Source of the DNA: Macrostomum lignano
Taxonomy: Eukaryota
Direction of reading: 5' to 3'
DNA: 64,000 bases
Assembly: GCA_002269645.1 (NCBI GenBank)
Contig: NIVC01000416.1
Span: 496,001-560,000 of the forward strand
Translations under genes and position numbers: made by a program
Notes under the pieces: generated by a model
Seen by the model: the letters and a program-made list of their open reading frames with translations, nothing else
The model's database searches: none
What the model was told of the DNA's origin: nothing
In this document: piece after piece, positions 56,383 through 64,000 of the stretch
Layout: each line of letters opens with the position of its first letter
Position numbering within the stretch: position 1 is the first letter of the stretch

Positions 56383-57087
56383 TTCCGACTAGCCCTATAC
56401 AAAAATATCCTTACTTAGCTATTTACGCTACTAACAGTAGAGTAGAATAGAAAGCGCGTCTTGCGTCTGCCGGGAAAAATTACGACAAAAAAGCAATAAA
56501 TTACAATTCCGGCGGCATGAATTGAAACGTTTGATCAAGTAGATAGAATTGCCGCCAGATACAAAACATACAATCCAGATCTTCTAAGCCTAAAAATCCA
56601 TGGTTCTTAGTTGTTATACTACTAACTAAGGCACTTTCCAATCCAGATACTAATCCCTGGTGCAACGCAACGCCTTTGGCGACATCATTCCACAGCACCA
56701 GCACATACAAGCGCGCCAATACTCCATGGACCGTAGTTTCATCTATTCCTATAGAATAATTAGTTGATCAAGAAGTCAAAACACGGTGTCTGATGGCAAT
56801 AAAAGTGCATAAATCGTTTATTGATCATTTTTAAGTCTAATAAATAAACATGGATAACCCATATTTCTATTTAACTATTACTATGACGATGCCTCGTAAC
56901 CATAGAAACCGAGGCTCTCACCTGTTCTCACAAGGACAGTTTGTGAATTTATGATACACATTAGAATTCTAGTTGCTTTGAGTGTATGCCAACTACAACT
57001 AAAAGAAAAACTCGTGGCTATCATTAATCCATCATGTATTAACGAAGGCTATTAGTCTCTCTATGCTCATTCTGATGCAGTTCAATT

Positions 57088-57494
57088 TTAAGGCTCCTTG
57101 CCGTCGAAAAATTTCCCCAGAAAATCTGTCGGCTTGGGCGTAACAGTCTGTTTGAAGTAGTCCATCACGTGAGTCTTCTGCTTCCACATGTGAGCGGTTT
57201 CCACCAGTTCCATCTGGCCCTGCAGTTGCGGAAATTGATTGACAGATGGCTGGTTAGGCTACAGGAGACAGACGACCAAATACAGCAATGCTGTGCAGAG
57301 ACGGACAAACAGAAAACTGACAAACAGACAGACAGATAAAGTCACAGTCACATAGAGACAAATCTTTACATGCGGACTGAAAACATGGCATATTTATACA
57401 GACAGACAGACAGACTGACACTAAGAGAGAAAGATACTAAGACAGACAGACAGACAGAGAGACAGACACTAAGACAGATAGAAGACAGACACTA

Positions 57495-57549
<55 letters not shown>

Positions 57550-57876
57550 GACACTAAGACAGACAGACAGACACTAAGACAGACAGACAGACAGACAGAC
57601 AGACACTAAGACGGACGAGCTCACCTTAGCAACCAGTAGATCAATAACTCGGATATCGTTGACCTGGCGATACTTCTCGAAGTTCTCCCGCAGCTTCCTC
57701 CTGCACATTGGCAATGTCAATGGCACATCGTACTCCCTGATGATGTAGGGCAGCTGGCGGAACCAGGCTCTGTAGAGGTTCAACACTCGACGACGGGCGT
57801 CCTCACTGGTAGCTGAGAAGACCGGCTTTGCCTCCTTGACAGCCTGCCGGATAAGGGTGCCGCCTGCGCTAGACAT
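57088..57876 (-). CDS. NDUFA6: NADH dehydrogenase 1 alpha subcomplex subunit 6 (LYR-motif protein)
   Basis: Exon 57876-57625 (..[33 protein letters not shown]) and exon 57219-57088 ([36 protein letters not shown]); the intron contains (CAGA)n. Confidence 0.95.
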
Positions 57877-58145
57877 TAGGCATGGGGGCAGTTCGGGTAG
57901 CTGTGTTGCAAGGGCACGCAGTTAACCTTATTGACCTACCTATTTATTATTTCAATTATTTCAAATGTAGATAACATATATACTTAGTGAAGTTTAAATA
58001 TTAAATATTTCACTGTAAAGTGGGTTAAAAATAGCACTATTTGGTTTGCTTTTATAACAAAAAATACCCATTTTAAAGTTTAACAGTTTAGATCAATATA
58101 TCTAATCTAATCTAATTTATATAAGTGTAGTGATCCGCTAGTTGA

Positions 58146-59011
58146 TGTTAGGCGTCCCACTTTGTCAGCAGTCTCCCTCGCCCTCGCCCTGGGTTGCTGT
58201 CCGCCGCTGGTCAGCTTCCCGCCCCCCCCCCTTGGCCTGTTCTGCCCTTCTGCGTCTCTGTTCTCAGTCCTTAGCTTCTCTGCTGTGGGCTGTCTCTGTT
58301 TCGTTCCCGTCCCGTTTTCCTCTGTCATGTGAGCAAGTCACATGACAGACTCTGCGTTCTTCGAGTCCTAAAGTGCAGTAAACATGTTTACTGCACTCGT
58401 TGGCCCTGTTTACCGGGAGAATCACGTGCTTTTGGACCCCTCCCTTCTCTGAGGAGAGGAGTGACTCATGTTGCTAAAAATAGCACTCTGGCCGGAGACC
58501 TCAAGTGACGTCAGTTCTAAAAATAGAACAAGTCACGAGGTCTTGTGCGTGGGTGTTTCCTGGCTATAGCCTATAAATAGGATCCCTCTCCCCTTGTTTC
58601 TGTCAAGGCTTCTTATCTGTGGAGAATTCACTAAGATCCTGTGTGCGTCAGTGTCTAACTAAGTGCCCTTTGCGTATACTGAATCCGTTTGTACTGGTCT
58701 GACTGAGACCCCACTAAAGCCCAAGCCTAAGGGAGGCTAACACTGCCTTCCCAGCCACCCCTGAGCCCGGCGGGGATCTGCTGATCAGGACGCCTTGTTC
58801 ATTAATCTGCAAATCTGCACACTGTGCTGAGTTCGTTGACTTGTTTATTTTGTTCCGACGGGAAGCTCACCTCACCGAAGGCCAAGACCTGAAGGAACTG
58901 GTGGCAGCACTACCTACGCTACTGAGAGTTGAGAGAACTTCCCACTGAAGAGGCTCGAGTCTTAAGGTAATTTTAAGCGCCTAAACTGGGAAAAAACACC
59001 ATTCTATAACA
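58146..59011 (+). mobile_element. 5' LTR of an LTR retrotransposon (866 bp)
   Basis: TGTTA...TAACA terminal inverted repeat and an internal TATAAATA near 58572; followed after 1 nt by an 18-nt PBS. Confidence 0.8.
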
Positions 59012-59012
59012 T

Positions 59013-59030
59013 TGGTGGCAGCGGTGGGAT
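59013..59030 (+). promoter_or_regulatory. Primer-binding site complementary to the tRNA-Leu 3' end
   Basis: TGGTGGCAGCGGTGGGAT is the reverse complement of ATCCCACCGCTGCCACCA, the 3' end of eukaryotic tRNA-Leu(AAG/TAG) including CCA. Confidence 0.88.
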
Positions 59031-59685
59031 TCAAAGACATACCAGGCCACCCCAAGAAAACCCCAAGTACAACATAAGCAAATTCAACCATATATACATT
59101 TATAAGGTTGATATATTTGGACATATATACATTAACAAATTATACCAATATAGCATTTTGCCATCCATTTGAGCTAACACACATTGAATTTAATCCCAGA
59201 TATGCTTGCCATATGTAATAGAGCTTTTGTCTATGGTGGTCAGGCTGGCATAGTGGTATTTAACTTGGTCCAACAAATTTCCTTCAAAGATATAGTTAAA
59301 AGCTAAAGCTAAAAGTACAACAAGGGTTAAAGGATAGAGTTACACCAAGTCAAGCCCACTAGTTCAACCATAGACAACTTTTGCAATAGAAAGAAAAAGA
59401 GCAGAAGCATCAGAAAAGAACAAAGGCATAAACACTAAAAGGCAAAAGCAAAAGAATCAGAAGCAGAGTTGACAACAAAAGAAACAGTACTGACACTAAT
59501 AGATAATTAAATAATTGTTAAATAACTGTTACATAATTATCTATTCAGTGATGCATGTTATTCTGATTTTGCAGTCAGTCCTGATTGCAGCGCATGGGCA
59601 TTTTGGCGGACGGCGTCCGGCGCGGATCTAATACGGCGCGGCGCGGCGCGTACGGCGCGCGGCGATTAGTACGGCGCGGCGCGGT

Positions 59686-59749
59686 ACTAATTAGATGCCG
59701 AGGCATTTAGGCTTGATAAGACAGTCATAGTTACTCCTGCCGTTTACCC
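59686..59749 (-). other. 28S rRNA-like fragment (H69-H71 region), copy 1
   Basis: The minus strand reads GGGTAAACGGCAGGAGTAACTATGACTGTCTTATCAAGCCTAAATGCCTCGGCATCTAATTAGT, versus the conserved eukaryotic LSU GGGTAAACGGCGGGAGTAACTATGACTCTCTTAAGGTAGCCAAATGCCTCGTCATCTAATTAGT; about 57/65 identical by manual alignment. Confidence 0.85.
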
Positions 59750-60673
59750 AAAACTGCGTTAATTTTGCTTTAGGGTTTCTTTCACAGGTAAGTCATTTCA
59801 CAGCGTGGCGCAGGTTGTGCAGGCGTCTGGCGTACTTAAGCCATGCGCTACAATAGGGCAGTCAGTCTGTGGATCAATTTTCCTACTTTTTGGGATATCC
59901 CTTGTACTTTATATTTTTATAGAAAAGAAGACAAATTTTATTTGGATCCATGATATAATACAATGTAATAATGTAATGTAATGTAATGTAATAATACAAT
60001 ACAATACAATTTTCTAATTCTAAGAACTAACCAATTTTTTGTATTAAAAAAAGAAAAATGATAGCTTTTAAGTCCATAGAATAAGGGACTCAAGCAACAA
60101 AGGCAAAAATATTTGACACTATATGCACACTTGGTTGAAATTGAAAAAGTAAGGTTAAGGTAAAGAAAATGTTTTCACTTTCAATACAAAGGAAACTCTT
60201 AAGTCTCTAGGGTCAGGGACTCAAAAAACATTTTTGACACTATATCCACATTGTGATTGGGATGGTAGAGGGCTTAAATTAAGATAAATGAAGCCAATGG
60301 GAAGCTATCTAACATTTGCCACTATCAAAATAGGCTAGAATTGCCACTAGTTCAACCATAGACAACTTTTGCAATAGAAAGAAAAAGAGCAGAAGCATCA
60401 GAAAAGAACAAAGGCATAAACACTAAAAGGCAAAAGCAAAAGAATCAGAAGCAGAGTTGACAACAAAAGAAACAGTACTGACACTAATAGATAATTAAAT
60501 AATTGTTAAATAACTGTTACATAATTATCTATTCAGTGATGCATGTTATTCTGATTTTGCAGTCAGTCCTGATTGCAGCGCATGGGCATTTTGGCGGACG
60601 GCGTCCGGCGCGGATCTAATACGGCGCGGCGCGACGCGTACGGCGCGCGGCGATTAGTACGGCGCGGCGCGGT

Positions 60674-60737
60674 ACTAATTAGATGCCGAGGCATTTAGGC
60701 TTGATAAGACAGTCATAGTTACTCCTGCCGTTTACCC
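60674..60737 (-). other. 28S rRNA-like fragment (H69-H71 region), copy 2
   Basis: Same sequence within the second unit of the 988-bp duplication. Confidence 0.85.
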
Positions 60738-62321
60738 AAAACTGCGTTAATTTTGCTTTAGGGTTTCTTTCACAGGTAAGTCATTTCACAGCGTGGCGCA
60801 GGTTGTGCAGGCGTCTGGCGTACTTAAGCCATGCGCTACAATAGGGCAGTCAGTCTGTGGATCAATTTTCCTACTTTTTGGGATATCCCTTGTACTTTAT
60901 ATTTTTATAGAAAAGAAGACAAATTTTATTTGGATCCATGATATAATACAATGTAATAATGTAATGTAATGTAATGTAATAATACAATACAATACAATTT
61001 TCTAATTCTAAGAACTAACCAATTTTTTGTATTAAAAAAAGAAAAATGATAGCTTTTAAGTCCATAGAATAAGGGACTCAAGCAACAAAGGCAAAAATAT
61101 TTGACACTATATGCACACTTGGTTGAAATTGAAAAAGTAAGGTTAAGGTAAAGAAAATGTTTTCACTTTCAATACAAAGGAAACTCTTAAGTCTCTAGGG
61201 TCAGGGACTCAAAAAACATTTTTGACACTATATCCACATTGTGATTGGGATGGTAGAGGGCTTAAATTAAGATAAATGAAGCCAATGGGAAGCTATCTAA
61301 CATTTGCCACTATCAAAATAGGCTAGAATTGCCACTAGACTGCAGAAGAAGCTTCTTAGAAACCAACTGATAAGTAAGCCATTGCCTTCACAGACGTTGA
61401 TAAGAATTATAGATTTTTTTATTTAATGACTTAAAAACATAAAAAAATATATTAGGAGAGAAAAGAAGAGATCAAGAGAAAGGAAAGAAAAAAGAAAAGA
61501 TAAAGGAAAAACAAAAAAGAGGGGAGAGGAGAAGAGAAAAGAGAGAAAAGGGGGCAGAGAAAATAGGGGAAGAGGAAAGGAAAAAGATAAGAAAGAAGAA
61601 AAGAGAAAATAGTCAAAAAGGCAATTAAGTTGACAACAACAACAACAACAGTATACTTCTTTTGCTAGCCATGCAATGGCTAAACAGGAGAGAGAAAACA
61701 AAGAGAATAAGACATAGACTTTAAAAAGTCATACCCCTGCTTTGGTCTAGACTTTAAAGTACTAGTATTAGTCAAAAGCTAGTCAGGGTAGGCCTATCTT
61801 ACCATTTGCATTTGGCCTTGCCAATATGGTCTTTGCAGCTTAAGAAATAGCTTCATATAGCAGCTAAGGTTAGATGGCTTCTAATTAGATAACATAGTAG
61901 ATTAAAAGGCTATATCAGGTTTGCCTTTATATAGAGTGCAATATTGGTCTTGTTGTCTAAACCCTATTGTAGCTAAGGTAGAGCCTACTAGATACTATCC
62001 TTTCCTGCACCAAACTGCACTATTGTGCTAAACTATACTTGCACTATTGAAGGCCAATCCATATTAGACATTTTCTATAATAATGGCCATTAATTGCAAT
62101 AAGATACCTAGACCAGTCAGGATTGTTTACCATATACCAATGTAATTCATAAGATCTTAAGTTTAAGCTACTAGAAAGAATTCCAAATTGAATTGAATTC
62201 TACATGGAATCTTGCATTGAATTAAGCATTAGGCTCGAAAAATCAATTAAAAATTAAAAAAATATAGGCTTAAAATAGCCCTTACTTTCTTTTGAATATT
62301 AGGGTCATTCTACAGATGCAA

Positions 62322-63448
62322 CCCATTTTGGCAAAGGAATTTTCAGCAAAAAATGCTTTGGTAGAATGAATCTTTAGTTTAAAATTAAATATTTCAGTGA
62401 AAAAAGTGACTAGTTTGGCAAAAAGTTGGGCTATATATTTTGCAAATAAACCATTTTGATGATTAAAGCATTTAGTTTATTTAAATTGTTTATTGCTACA
62501 ATTTATTTGCAGTTAAAAAATTAAAAACTAATGACTTAGCTTGTAGCCCATAGTCTGGATCATGCTAAGTGCATGCCCAAACAAAAATTGAATAATTACG
62601 AATGCATGCCAAAAAAAATTAGAGTATGCCCATTCTCAAAAATATGCTAGTCTTGCAACATAAAACAAAAACTGCTTTTTTACATTGTGACAATAAATTA
62701 CCTTTTTTAAATTATATAAAAGACCCTTATTAACAAATAATTTGGTTGATTTTTATGCTATTTTGGCAAAACTATTTACAATAGAAAATTGATACATGCA
62801 AAAATTTGTTTAAATGCTTTTTATGAGCTTAAAAAACTAGAAAGCTTCAAATTTATACCTAAATATCAGCTTTTTTGATTTTTTAATTCACAATAACTCT
62901 TATATATAATTCTATAAAGTGCATGTCAGGTGTGCACACATACTATTTTTTCAAGAATGATATATACCAACTGTGCATGCCTAATTTTGGCATGCAAAGC
63001 CAATGCACGCCCAAATTTTCAGGCATACACCAGGCTTACATGATCCAAAGTGTGGCTTATAGCTATGTTATATACATGGAATCTATTGATATGCAGTTGA
63101 TGGATTAGGGATAATGATGATATGGTTTTTTAGATTTTTAGTTCCTAAAATTGTATTTTGAAATCCTACCATAATGGAACAGAAACTAACAAAACAACTA
63201 AACTAAATTAAATTGTGACAAAACAAAAACAAAAAATCACAATAGGCCTGGGGCCTAAAATTAGTCTTTAAATAAAGTTAGTCATTCTTTTTTTAACTTT
63301 TGTCTAAAACAACAAAAACTCTTCAGCAAAGCTTGGAACATATCTTTTGCCAAAATGGTCAGCTTTAAACGAAACGGTCATTGTAAAAGTACTTTTTGCC
63401 ATAAATTCTATAATTTACTTCTGCTGAAAATTCTTTTGCCAAAGAGGG
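62322..63448. mobile_element. Old piggyBac-like non-autonomous element nested in the LTR interior
   Basis: Imperfect TIRs CCCATTTTGGCAAAGGAATTTTCAGCA / TGCTGAAAATTCTTTTGCCAAAGAGGG; the right flank is TTAA and the left flank is degenerate (GCAA). Confidence 0.45.
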
Positions 63449-64000
63449 TTAAAACCAATTCTACGATAGGATCTCAATGTTTTTTAACTTAAAGCACTTG
63501 TAACTTTTAGACCATACTATACTAGATAGAACAAAGCTGCAAAAAGCAAGCTGTGTCAAACTTTTACTAGGCCTAGGCCTAGCTCAATATTTTTCACTAT
63601 TATTAAAAAATGACCATTATATTAGCATAGTTAATGCTCTGCTATAGCTATATGTGTTCAGTTGTTTTAGAATTCATAAGCAGCTATGTGAAAAATATAG
63701 GCCTAGAACTAGAGTATAATTATAATACAAACATTCGTGCAATATACATATTAGAATGCAAATTTACATTTTGCTAAGCTAAGATGAGATTTCTATTATT
63801 ATAAATTATATAAAAATAAAATATATGATGTTAGCCATATAAAGCACTACTACACTACAGTCAATAGTAGTGTAGTATGATGTGCTAGCAACATTACTGG
63901 TTTTAGGATGCATTCTATGATTCTACTTTCTTTGCTTTGCCATTGGCCTACCTAGCCATAGGTTAGGTAAGGACCGTAAGGTAGGCCTAAGGTAGGCCTA

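Larger units (their letters stand above)
59356..61338 (+). repeat. 988-bp tandem duplication (59356-60343, 60344-61331) with CCACTAG at all three junctions
   Basis: Two near-identical copies; the 7-bp microhomology is at 59356, 60344 and 61332. Confidence 0.92.

Overview
Eukaryotic (animal) genomic DNA that is intron-rich and packed with tandem repeats. The style (minisatellite-filled introns, long (CAGA)n tracts, GC-rich exons) suggests a free-living flatworm such as Macrostomum; this is inference only. Layout: (1) 1-9111, two head-to-tail non-autonomous Helitron-like elements carrying satellite arrays; (2) 9350-16150, a tRNA-SINE, a hAT-type MITE and a decayed RTE-like LINE; (3) 16732-40050 (+), a cluster of four unannotated single-pass receptor genes rebuilt by hand from splice sites: three diverged paralogs with signal peptide-CUB-like-C-type-lectin-like-stalk-TM, plus one signal peptide-discoidin-like-multi-Ig-TM gene with a Tyr/Pro-rich tail; (4) 44577-57876 (-), conserved genes RASSF7/8-like, TEX2-like and NDUFA6; (5) 58146-64000, an LTR with a perfect tRNA-Leu PBS, followed by a CpG-depleted non-coding interior that carries a tandemly duplicated antisense copy of the 28S rRNA H69-H71 (R2 / I-PpoI target) segment. 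Most long ORFs in the supplied track are minisatellite artefacts. All gene models, counts and alignments were made by eye and need RNA-seq or HMM confirmation.
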